From: Camelus dromedarius
Taxonomy: Eukaryota
NCBI RefSeq assembly: GCF_036321535.1
Contig: NC_087437.1
Location: 38,380,001 to 38,444,000, forward strand
Length of the DNA stretch: 64,000 nt
Direction: 5' to 3'
This document shows, piece after piece, positions 25,295 to 37,319 of the stretch (its first letter is position 1; each line of letters begins with the position of its first letter). The position numbers and the translations under genes were made by a program. The notes beneath the pieces are model-generated. The model saw nothing but the letters and a program-made list of their open reading frames with translations. It was not told the DNA's origin and did not search any database.

Positions 25295-25465
25295 AGGCAT
25301 GCTTTATATAGTTCCTCAGAGTCTTCAACAGAATGAACCTTAAGTTCCCATATCAGTACCCTGCTTGTTAATGCACCCCTTATCTTCTTTCTTCCTTCTC
25401 TGTCTCACTTGCCCCACTCTCTCCATGATGTTACCTCCCTTTGGTTGGAGATCAAACTAAAAAGT
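25295..25465 (+). mobile_element. ERVL LTR 3' part (LTR16-like)
   Basis: 'ctgcttgttaatgcaccccttatcttctttcttccttctctgtctcacttgccccactc...caaactaa'. Confidence 0.65.
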
Positions 25466-26994
25466 ACCTTATATAATAGTGTACAACCTGTTGCCTGGCC
25501 CAGGGTTTCCTGAACACACTTCAGCATCCCTGCTTGTTCAGAATTCCTTTGTGTTATGAATGTTTATCTACCCTGTTTTTCACCTCTAGATCTTTTAACA
25601 TGGTTTGTTTATTAGTGCCCTTCCCAGTGAACTCATAGCAACTTGTTATTATCTTTACATTGTTGCACATTTGCTCTGGTATAATTTTACCTAAATAGGG
25701 AATCATAAAACGAAAAGCCATAGGCCAAAAGAATAAATCTCTATGATATTTTAGATACTTTGTGGCTGGTGTATTGGGGAAATAGTCTTGGACATGGATC
25801 CTTTTTGAAATGCCCCTAAGTAATTCCAGGTAGATAATGAACTATTCTAATAAACTTTATCTCCATCAGAATGTTCCATAAGAAGTGAGTCATCAGTGTC
25901 ATAATGGCAGGGTCCCAATACTTTCAAGTAAGTTTTATGTGAGCCCACCCACCATGTATTTTCTAAAACATGTTGTGGTAAAATGTGAGAGAATCAATCT
26001 GAATTTTACTCACACTTGGCATACATTCCTTTTAAGTGATGTGGCTTTACTTCTTTCATTGGAATAAAGCAAAGTTCATGGTAATGAGAAAGTATCTTGG
26101 ACCTGACACAGTCTAAGAGTTACCTAGATGAAGAAGGTAACTGACTGAAATGGGCTGCAAGTACTCTTAGTATTAGAACCTACACAGCAGCTCTGCCTGT
26201 TAGGGCCACAATGGACACAGAATCTATTGTCTCCAAAATTCCATATTCATGTCTTAATATAGTCATGGTAGATCACACGCCCTCTCTATGGGAATGATGC
26301 ACCTGGTGGTGAATGCAGTAGTAAGAATTTGTCGAAGACCTTGTCTTGTCAACTACGGTGCTCCCACCTTGTCACTTGTTCAAGTGGGAAGTTAAAGACT
26401 CAAGCATCATCTGATCAATGTGCGTGAACAGCACAATAGTACAGGAAGATGTTTAAAGCTACTCATACAGTTTCAACTCTGTCTATCATTGGAAGTAGAA
26501 TTTAGTGCGTGTAGGGTTTTTTGTTTATTTGTTTAATCAATTCCTTATAAATTCCTAATACATACTTGTTAGATGCATAGATCTACTTCCCACTGGATCA
26601 GGGACCTTATCCTGCTGAGTAAAGTAACATTTAATCACCTTAGGAAATTAAATTTGGAAGTCAGCATCTGCTCAATGCAAAGCTCTTACTTTTGCCCACT
26701 TAGTACAGTACATGATGTCAATAAAGTGAGAGATACTCATTCACTTTCTCCTCTATTTCAAGGGGAGGTAACTGAAAACAATTTTAGGAATCCCTTACTT
26801 ACTACATAGCTCAGATCCCATTTTGTCCTTTTTCTACGCAATAAACTGAAAAACATAGTAGTAGCAACGTGGAACAAAGGAATATTACTTTCATTCTTAG
26901 AGAAATCTCTTTTCCTTTTCAGACAACGGCAACTCTCTAACAATGAAGACTGATATGAACCACACAGGCCCTATGGAAAATAGGGAGGGGGAAG

Positions 26995-27064
26995 AATAAA
27001 AGAAATGAAAAATAAACAAAGAAAGAAAAGTTTAAAAAGAAAGAAAAAAGAAAAGAAAAGAAAG
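26995..27064. repeat. Purine-rich (GAAA/GAAAA)n low-complexity tract
   Basis: Visible directly in the sequence. Confidence 0.85.
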
Positions 27065-28390
27065 ATGTGTGCTAATAGTACTTAGTGTTAATAGGATTTC
27101 TGTTTGGCTACAGCATAGATTAAATTTGTTTTTATGGAATTATCTTGGAACAAGCTATTTTGTATCTGTTTCCAAAGGAAAACATTTTCCAAGTCTGGAA
27201 TAACTGATACAATAAACAAACATACAGGGCACAATCTGTTAGAAAATGCATAAGAAACAGCTCTTTTTTCTCTGTTTCTCTCTCTTATTACATATTTACA
27301 TTTTATACAGATAAATATGTATATAGTACATATAAGCACCTTGTAATGTCAGATGAAAAATATTAACATCAAGTTAGAGATTCTAAAGTGTTGAATTATA
27401 TAAAAATACACTTTATGGCAGGTAAATACAATCTTAAATACATTTTGGAGATAAAAAGGAAAACCAGCCTAGTACAATGTCATTTAAGGAACATCACACG
27501 TGTAAAATATGCTCAGAAAGCTCAATAAGAGTATATGTTCAACATAAAATGTGAAATGTTGTGATAATGCCATCATGCCATATAACTTACATTTTAAGTA
27601 ATTTGGGGGAAAATGACTAAAAATTAATTTTGAAATATTTTATATTTTTGATTAGTGGTTTTATTGATTTGCAGTTTATCATTCCATGCAAAAGCCAATA
27701 TTAACTCAATTATCTTTCATCATTACCTGGGGATCAATTTCAAAAACCCTCTTATCCCACTATTAAATAAAAATGATGCAAACGATACTCTGTCAGCTTC
27801 AAATTGACTGATTTATCACATCATTACACAGCCATCCTGCATCTGCAGTTTGTTTGTGGAATGGTATAGCTTGAAAATAACAAATCACTATGCTCTCGAA
27901 AGTTGAAAATGTTAATAGAAAGGCTACTTACACACCAAAACACAAACGGTGCTGGGATGTTCAGATGCATTTAATTCTGTATTAGCTGAGCGTCAGTCAC
28001 AGTTATAATCATTTAGAACTGTTCCATCTCTAAGATTTCACATTCTCTCTCTTCAGTCCTTTCTACTGTCTGTTCTGCTTTGACTACATGATAGGCAGAC
28101 CTCTGAAATTAATCTACCTGTATAAAATATCATTTGATTTGTTCTGGGCATTGACCTTATACAGAGATTTAAAAACACAGCTTAAAAATTGATAACGGTT
28201 ATTTTTTTAGGATGTTGATGGTGAGAACAACAACTTGAACTCCTAAATAAGTTAAGAAATTCTGAATGGTAAACTCCAGAACTTCTAACTCAAACTATGG
28301 GTTTTCAGTAAAAATTAAAAAATATTAAAGTTACTTATTCTAGATTGGGAGAGACACTACTTTCACCTTCTTTTAACTTCCCAGTTAGGG

Positions 28391-28653
28391 ATACATATAC
28401 ATATATAATTAAGTATATTATATTATATAATTTATATATATAATTATATATAATATAACATATCATAATGAATTGTATAATATAATTGCATATAATATTC
28501 ACATAATAATCAATTATATAATAATATTATACTTATATCTATATAATTATAATACATAATAATATAATTGATTATTATGTAATCATTATATTATAAATTA
28601 TTATATTATTACAATATTAATTATATATTATGTATAATTATATAGATATAATT
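28391..28653. repeat. Almost pure A/T low-complexity tract with internal inverted repeats
   Basis: About 260 bp with very few G/C bases. Perfect 19-bp inverted pairs at 28501-28519/28562-28580 and 28533-28551/28633-28651. Confidence 0.9.
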
Positions 28654-30619
28654 CCAGGGAAAAAGTGTTTTTTCTCTTTAAATGATTAAAAATCATTATA
28701 TTAACCATACGACTGCTTCTGATTTTAGACTGTCCTCAAAAGTATCCTAAGTATTTCATTAACCAAATCAAACTTGGATTTGCTTAGATTTTGTAAAAGA
28801 CATATTATTACTGTATTTTTTAATAATTAAAAAATAAAGAATACTCTGAAAACTTAAATTAAAAAATAACTGAAACATTTAATCATTTTACTGTGGTAAA
28901 TTAGTTTCATTTATTTGAAAATGGAGTTGAATCTAGTTAGCATCTTATTCTAAATGATTTGCTCAATCTACTCGGAACAATTTCCAATTGATTTTAAGAA
29001 ACCAACTGGGAATTGTTGAGTAGCTTTTAAAAATACTATGCTTTTAAGAATTCACCAATGTTAATTGTTGTTATTTAAGACATCAGTCTCAGGGTATTAT
29101 TCCAATTACCATGTATGGAATATTCTAATAGAAGCATTTACTCTTTATTTTATTAAATTTTCTCATTATCTTTTAGACATATCTCTAGGTATTTAAACAT
29201 TACCTGAAAAAATACACCGTATTATATAAACTTCTTGTTATGGCAACAATACTAGATGAAGAAGACTGTTCATAGAATGTCCTCAAATCTTTAAAGATCA
29301 GATAATTTTCAATCACATTTGTTAAAATATGTTTCTATTTTTGTCACTTATTTGCTTTTGTTGGAAAGTAATTCTAACGAGAGACAAGTAGAGTGTCATA
29401 TATATAAATACAATTTAACATCAGATTTTAGCTTTATTGATGGACAACATTTATATCTGTATTAAGAAAAAAAAAAACTGTTGGCTAAAATAATACGTAT
29501 GCTTTATTGTTCCATAGCTTTGGAATTTGTTCTTTCAGCTCATAAAATCACAATATACATTATATTATATAATAGACACCATCATTAAAATATCACCAGT
29601 TGCTAAGAAACTACTTAAATCAAATTTTGTAAACACTAACAATGCTGTTTAGCTTGATCGAAAGATAAGAGTTGTTAAATCATACAAGAAAACAACCTCA
29701 AAATGCCTGGCTGAGGCCCCATTTCCCAGAAAATAGAGTACACTCAATGTTTCTTGAAATATTTCTGTGAATCAATAATGATGTTAATCTGAAACACATG
29801 ACAATATTCATAATGACACTTAGATTCAAATCATAAGCAGGCCACAGAAATTATTCTAATGGGCGACAGTCTTACACATTTTTAGCTTTGTTTCAATCTT
29901 ACTATGTACAATGTAAAGTTATCCTGCTCATTCTCTACTGCTCCACCTTCATGAATATACATAAGTGCACTCACTCTTGCCTGCTGAACAGGGATTTGTA
30001 CTCACCAATTTTACTTTTACAAACTAGGATAGACAGAGGAAAGGGGAGGAGAAAAGAAGAAAGCCTGAGCTACTAACAAAGGAGCAAATTTCCCAACACA
30101 GTTCTGAGAAATTTGAGGCTATCAATGCATAAAAATAAACGTATGTAGAAATTTCGAGGATATCAATGTATTAAAAGTAGGCTTAACAAATTATGTTTCA
30201 CTATTGTAAAGACGACACAACAGTATGCATCATAAGGTATAAAGACTTTAATATATGTTGCTGAAATATGCTTTGATTTTTGTCTGACATATATGTTCAT
30301 TTAACTTATATTCAAAATCAGCCTTCTTGAGATGTTTGTTTTCTAAATAAGCAAGACAAATGCCATTTCTCTCTTAAAGTTAAGACATTTTCCAGAATCT
30401 CTGATTCTGGACTTTTCAGAGTTTTACATGGTAAGGTGCGTTTTGAATTTGAAGAGGAAGGCATTGCATAGAGTTTCCCCAACATTATTTACCAAAAGAA
30501 TTCTCTTTGTGGAGTTACCTGAAATCACTTTGGAAAATACTGCTCTACTGCTTAGTTATTTTTCTTTAATGTTTCTCCTTTGAGCTTTTGTGTGAAAATG
30601 TGAAGTCTTACACAAGGAA

Positions 30620-31310
30620 TTATTATATCGTTTAACATGCTCATTTTGTACATGCTACTGGTCATGCATGGGGCAAGTTTCTGGAAATACAGAGATGAAT
30701 GAGAGGGTTCCTGCTCCAGAAAGCTTATATTCTAGTGAAGGAGAAAGGTAGGCAAATAGACAATTATACACACTGGTCTTTTTGTACTAGAGCAAAAACA
30801 TGGAACTCTTGAACATAGGGAAGAAATTCACCTGGATTCGTGTGTTTAGATCTGTAATGGGATCACTAAGAAGTGATGTGGAAGTGAGCCCCAAAAGATG
30901 GGTAATGGTTGGCTATGCAATGTGGAGACAATGTAGGGAGAAGGGATAAAGCAGTTCCCAGAATGAGGAAACAGAACTGTTGGGAGTCCTGGAAGTGAAC
31001 AAATCGGTCATGGAAGGTTCCTATGAATTATCAAGAAGGAAATGGTGAGATTGAAGATAAAGCCAAGACCAGATCACAGACACCTTAGTGCACCCAGCTA
31101 AGACCATTAGACACTAACTGAAAGCTGTCAGGAACCAGAGGAGGTGTTTAAATAGAGGGTAGCATGATGAGATTTACTTTTTAGGAAAATCATTAGTCCA
31201 GAAGGTTGTTCGGAAAATGGACTGCAAGGGTAAGGCTGAAAGAATCTGAGGTAGGTTTGATGGCGTAGGAATCCAAGCAAAAGATGAGGAGGACCTCGAA
31301 ATGAGTCCTT
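30620..31310 (-). mobile_element. L2 LINE 3' region
   Basis: 'ctggaaatacagagatgaatgagagggttcctgctccagaaagcttatattctagtg', 'ccagatcacaga' and 'gcatgatgagatttactttttaggaaaatcatt'. Confidence 0.8.
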
Positions 31311-31559
31311 GTAATGTTTACACATATGCTGTATTGTAAAATATGCAGTACAGCTATGAAGTGAAAATATGTAGGTTAAATCCATGACTTTTTCTACAAA
31401 TAAGAATCAGTTTCAATATTAATTTACAAAAGGAAGTGTTTTGAAATGCTATGATGTTATTGGATTAATTTGAGTTTTAGGGACCTTGCCCATAAAAAGT
31501 GGAAGAAAGATGACCAGTGGAAATGAAATGCAATATGCCATGATTTTGTAATTAGACTA

Positions 31560-33160
31560 TACAATTGAAATATTGTTTTACCCAAATCAAAATTAACATT
31601 GTAAAACATATTCTCCCCATTGCAGATTTTTAATTACTTCCTTCTACAGTAATCCTATTAAGTATTCCTTTGTAAGGTAAGCAGGAATATTTTTAAGTTT
31701 AAATTGAGATTACGTTATACAGATTTGGTGTATTTTGATTTTCATTTAACACTGTGACATACACGGTGGATTTCCAAAACTTTTTAGAAATAATAAGATT
31801 TAATTATATGCAAATTATATTATAAACACCCACATCTATATCTATATATTTATATAAATATTTTCTATCAACAGGACCCCTCTGAATAACGTACATGTCT
31901 GTATCTATATTTACTGTCACCAGCACTCCTCTAAATAGATGCAAAGCAATTTATTTAACTGGTCCTATACTGATGAATAGTTTGTTTCAAAGCTTTGCTT
32001 TTACAAACAATCTTACAATAAACTTCATTGTCCCACTTGTATGTGCATATATATGAGATTGCAACTACAGGTGGTGTTAGTACATGGAATGGCTCAATCA
32101 AATAATACATTTTGTCTTAAATTTTGAAAGTCACCAAAATTTCTTTCACTTGCACCAATTTACTCTACCTATTACTCAAGCTAAGTGTATCTCCCTACAG
32201 CTTCACCAATATCTAGTATTATTAAGCCTCTTGGTCTTGTCAGTATGATAGGTGAAAAATATCATATTGTTTTAATGTGCATTATTTGATTATGAAAGAG
32301 ATAGAGCATCGTCTTCAGAATAAACATTACTATTCATTTCCCAGTGATGACCAGCTGAGGGGATGACTGAGAGCTGAAATCTAGCCTACAAAGAGTTTCC
32401 CAAACTATGGGCGGTGATGAGATTTTTGCTGCTGGAGGAAGGGGAGCTTTGTTGTAATTCACAGCAAGCTATCACAAAAATAGCCAGTAGAGGCCTAGAT
32501 ATTCTTTGGCTATTATTCTATGAAACTGTTCAAATCTATCTTGATATTTTTTAATGCTAAGTGTATTTATCCTTTGGAATATAAGCTGCAAATAAATTTC
32601 AGTGTTTCTTTTTGGTTGATTGTTTTTATTTTTATTTGTGATACATTTTTCACCATATAAAAGTTTTAAATTTTTATGTAGTAAAGTTTATCACTTTTTC
32701 CTTGCTATGCTTATAAAGACATTCCCTCCTCTAACATAAGAAGATCTTTTAAATTTAAAGTTACAAATTTATATTAAATTTTGATCCCTATGGAATACAT
32801 TTGGTATAGGACTGAGCTAGAAACCAGCTTTATCTTATCTCCAATAACTAATCATTTTCCCCACACCGAAATGTTACTTTTAATATTACTTCTATTTTAT
32901 ATTGAAATGTATTTGGGGTATTTTTTTCTGCTCTGCTATTTGTTCAAGCAAACTGAACTTGTTTACTATTCTAAATGATTTAAAGTGCAGGAAACAATTC
33001 TACCTTACTCTCCCACTCCCCAGAATTGGTTGCTTAATCTTAAGTGTTTACTATCATAGAGAATCTTTAGTTTCAAATTTTCAAAAAAAAAAAAAAAATC
33101 TAGCTGTCATTTTACTTAGTATAAAATTTAATTTGGAGTTTAAAAATTATTTCAATGTGA
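31560..33160 (-). mobile_element. Ancient L1 (L1ME-like) ORF2 3' and UTR remnant
   Basis: Antisense L1 hallmarks: 'tgcaccaatttactct', 'cagtatgataggtgaaaaatatcatattgttttaatgtgcatt', 'agttttaaatttttatgtagtaaagtttatca'. No open frame. Possibly interrupted at about 32340-32500. Confidence 0.75.
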
Positions 33161-34149
33161 ATAGAAACAATAAAAAACTAGAAGGTAGTGGAGAATCTTA
33201 TATGAAAATATATCTGAAAATAAAAGGAGCCAATACATCAGAAACCCAGACTATTTACAGACGATTTTGGATAAAATGAGGTAACGTTTAAGGAATCCTA
33301 CGGCTCATCGGTGATGCATTAAGAAGCTTTTCTTTTTCATGAATTCTGATCTTGCTTAATATCCGGTTTCCGTTGACATAACTGTGCCTATCTTCATAGG
33401 TCCTGCAAGATTACCCTGATGCTTTACCACAAATGTAATATTCTGGTGACATCTGACTGGGCTGTTGAGGTCAGACTCTTTTTACCCCCTTGGATTGACC
33501 TATTTGTAGATATATTTTACAAGTTCATATCGTGTAGATCTGTCTCTAAGTATGTATGCCATGACCATGTCCTAATACTTAGACTCCCAGACTTTACCTC
33601 AACTTGCAAATTATCCTAGGTCCCACCTCCTGTATTTCCCTGTCAATTCCAAATTTCTGCTGCTAGACTAGGATACACAAATTATAAATTGAAAACTTGC
33701 TAGATGCTGAAAAAGACAGAGAATATAGGCAAGACATAAGCCTTATTTGCAATTATTTGAAGAACTCACATTCAGGCAGGTTTTATTTTTTGAAAAATCA
33801 CCAATGTGTAGCATCTCTATTGCACCCACACATCAACTCAGCCCCGTATCAAAACATTAATAGCACTAATATTAAATAACACTTCTGTATTTGGGAAACA
33901 TATATGGCATAAAAATAATAAACATAAAGATATATGAATTTGAGAATTTAATTATGTTATGTGGGAACAATTTGAAATGAAAACTATTATGAAAACTACA
34001 TGGTCATCCTCTCCTCCCTCAACCTTTGCTCAAGCCTCTTCAATCTCCATTTCAGGATCCATTTCCCATCTGCCATTAATTCTTAGAACACTCTCACTGT
34101 ACTCTGTGGAACTCATAAACTGAGTTATACTATATCCTCAACCATATCT

Positions 34150-35885
34150 TCAGACATTTCCTTCACCTTCTTATATTAAAAGATTGATTAAAATCAGACC
34201 ATTTCTTGATGACAACTAAAACAACAAAAATCCGTAAGAACTCTTTTAACCCATCTTTCCCTTTAGTTGCTATATTATTTGTCTGTTCCTCTTTATAACA
34301 GAATTGCTGAAAAGAATTGACTATAGACTCTCAATTTCTGATTTCTTTCCTCTCGTTCTCTCTTAAGTCAATTTCTATGAGGCTTTTCACAGAAAAGCCC
34401 CAGAATTTCATAAAAAGTACTCTTATAAATGTAAATATTGGACTTATTACCGTTTGACAAAGTTGTTTTCTCTCATCCTGCTGTTCTGACTTCCTCTAAG
34501 TTTACTGGCAAATTTTTAAAAATACGTCTCTTCACTGGTTACTCCTCACTTTCCCAAAGTTTTACCTTCAGAATAGTTACGTTATTTATTTGGTTATTTG
34601 TTTCTTGTCTATCTATACTCTCTCTCTTTTAGTGATCTTTCTCTATAACTAGTGGATCTCAACTTCTTATATCGAGCCTGACCTGTCTTCTCAACTCCAG
34701 GCTCATACAACCAACTACTTGATACTGCAATTACCTATTCTTTAAAAAGTTTCAAAATTATATGTCCTCCTCCCCAAAATTCTCTATGCATCTTTCTATC
34801 CTGCTCTTCCCAAGTCATCTTCTCTCTGAATAGAAGTACAAGGCTGTTCTCATGGCTTATGCTAAGATCCCTGCTATCTATCACTTTTGATTCTTCTCTT
34901 TCACATTACCCAGGCATTGAAATCATCTTCAAAATAGCAGGATCTGACCACTACCTAACATCTCCACTGTTACTAATCCTGTCCGAGTCACGGTCATCTT
35001 TCACTTAGATTATTGCTATAGACACCTCATTGTTTTCCCTGCTTCCAGTTTTGCTGCCCTATGTTTTATTCTTAGAAAAGCATCAGAATGGTCTATTAAA
35101 CACCTTACGTGTTGTAATAGTAGTCACATGAACATATAACAGTTAAAATTCATAAAACTTTAAAGAAAAAGAAAATAACACCTATTTAATTGTGTGATAA
35201 ATTAATATATATATGTAAATGTATATATATATATATACACATATAGAGAAGTACACATTTAATTTAAAAAAATAAAGTCAGTTTATGTCACTTCTATGCT
35301 CAACAGTGCTTAATGAAAGGCTCCACATGTCTTTCTATTCTGAAGTCTTTTCAATGATTTTAAAGGTCCTTCATGAAGACTGCCCCCATTACCCCTAGCC
35401 TATTTTTTTCTTATCTCTCTTCACCTCTTATTGTCCTCCACTTAATTTACACATATATAGTCACATTAGCCTTCCTTTTATACTTACACCATGCAAGGAA
35501 CTGCACACCTCAGGCACTCACACTGTGGTTCTTACTTTCTGGAACCTTCTCTCCTCAGATATCATCAACGTTCATGATCTCCTCCTCCTTTAAGTCTTTG
35601 CTCAAATGCTAAATGGAGCCTTTCCTGACTATTTTAGATCGCAAACTGCATTCCCTCTTCCCCATCACTCATTTTCTTATCCCTCCTTTATCTTTTTCCC
35701 CATAGTTCTTATTGCCATCTTCCGAACTATATGGTCTATTGGTTTACTTACTCATTTTCTGTTTCCATAATGTAAACTTCAGATGTTTTGCCTGTTTTGT
35801 TTGCTGTTATATCCCAGAGCCTAGAAGAAGACTTCTATGGTAGGTGCTTTATGGTAGACAATAATACTTAATGAACAAATAAATT
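34150..35885 (+). mobile_element. L2 LINE (L2a-like) 3' ~1.7 kb, interrupted by an AT/TA microsatellite
   Basis: 'ctcaactccaggctcatacaaccaactac', 'tcacttagattattgcta', 'ctcctcctttaagtctttgctcaaatg', 'gctgttatatcccagagcctagaa' and the terminal 'aatgaacaaat'. Confidence 0.8.
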
Positions 35886-37203
35886 TTTTAAAAATCTATT
35901 TTTTGAATGATTAAAATATGGTCATTTTTAAAAATTTAATGATTTTTGAACAGTGTAAAATTTAGAATTTTTTAAAAATAAAAATCAATATAGCATAATA
36001 TGGCATAGGATAAATATTAGGGCAAAAATTATAAAAGTGAGCTTTCTGCATATCACATAAATTCCATTAGAGCCAAAGAGGCTCTACTTTACTTCACAGT
36101 CCTTATTAAATGACAACATATCTATTATTTATGTAACAGTAACCTATGGAACAACTTTTTTCAGGTGTTTTGGCTGCTGAAAATACCACACTGAACACCA
36201 CAGTTGTAGCCGAGGCCTGCAGATATCTGAGCCTAGTGATCTATGTCTAGTAGCATCAGAAATCATTACCAATTTTTAAAGGTCTCCAGTTTCCCATACA
36301 TAATATATTTTTCTTAAGACTAAGGAAATGGAAATATGTACAAAGTGGAATTCATAAAAATTAAAATACGCATTTGGTTTAAATTGGTCCAAATAGAACT
36401 GATCTATACTGCAACTGTCAGCAAGACTGTGAAACCAGGTCATAGGGGACTGAACAAACTTTCTAGGTTGTCTTATCAGAATTTTGCATGAATGTATGAA
36501 TAAAATGGTGAAAGAATAATTCATAATAGATAAAGTCAAATGATGCCCCTTAAAAACCTGGTATTAATCTCATTTTTAAAAAAGTCATGGCTCTTGATTC
36601 CTGCACTTGACTAATTTGATGACTGGGAAGTAGTTATCATCTGGCCACAAGGCTAATTTAATAATTTGGATCTGAATGTCCCCACGGTAGTGCTATTTCA
36701 ATATTGGCACACTTTTAGTTCTCAGTTCATAATTAATCTTATAAAAACCATTTTTACATAATGTAAATTTACTTCTTGCTTCTAGTAATTGCATATCTAA
36801 TTTACTGTGAAAAGAAGAAGCCAATATTGCATCTGCTAAAGTAACTAAAAAGCACAACTGAAAACATCATCCACTAATGATTTTTATCACTTAGCTTTAC
36901 TTTGTTAACTTTTGGGACTTTGCAAAATATAGTTGCTTTTGGCCAGAACTTTGAATTACAACTTCAGTTTGGAAGAGAAATTATGTATTGGCAAGAAAGA
37001 ATAGTTTATTTTACACACCACAAGTTTCTTGTTGATAGTTATGTAAAGAAAGCAATCCAATAACCACCACTGATAGAAAACATTATATGTAAAGAAAGCT
37101 GATTTTTCCTTTTTTTAGCTGAAGCCCAAGGGACAAATATTCAGCAGTGGAAATTATTTTGAATGGCAGTGCAGTTGTAAAATATGTTTGAAGAAGTGCT
37201 TAC

Positions 37204-37319
37204 TTCGTTATAGTTGTGCTTTCCTTTTAACTGTAAACCATCCTGCTCCACAGAAAACTTATCCTGAGCATAACGGTGATTCCTGGTCATGTCAGCATAA
37301 GACTCAATAGGGTTGCTCT
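37204..37319 (-). other. Candidate 116-nt exon (unidentified)
   Basis: Minus-strand acceptor 'ccctttaatttcag|' and donor 'GAA|gtaagc'. One frame is open (SNPIESYADMTRNHRYAQDKFSVEQDGLQLKGKHNYNE) in apparently unique sequence. No homology recognised. Confidence 0.2.
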
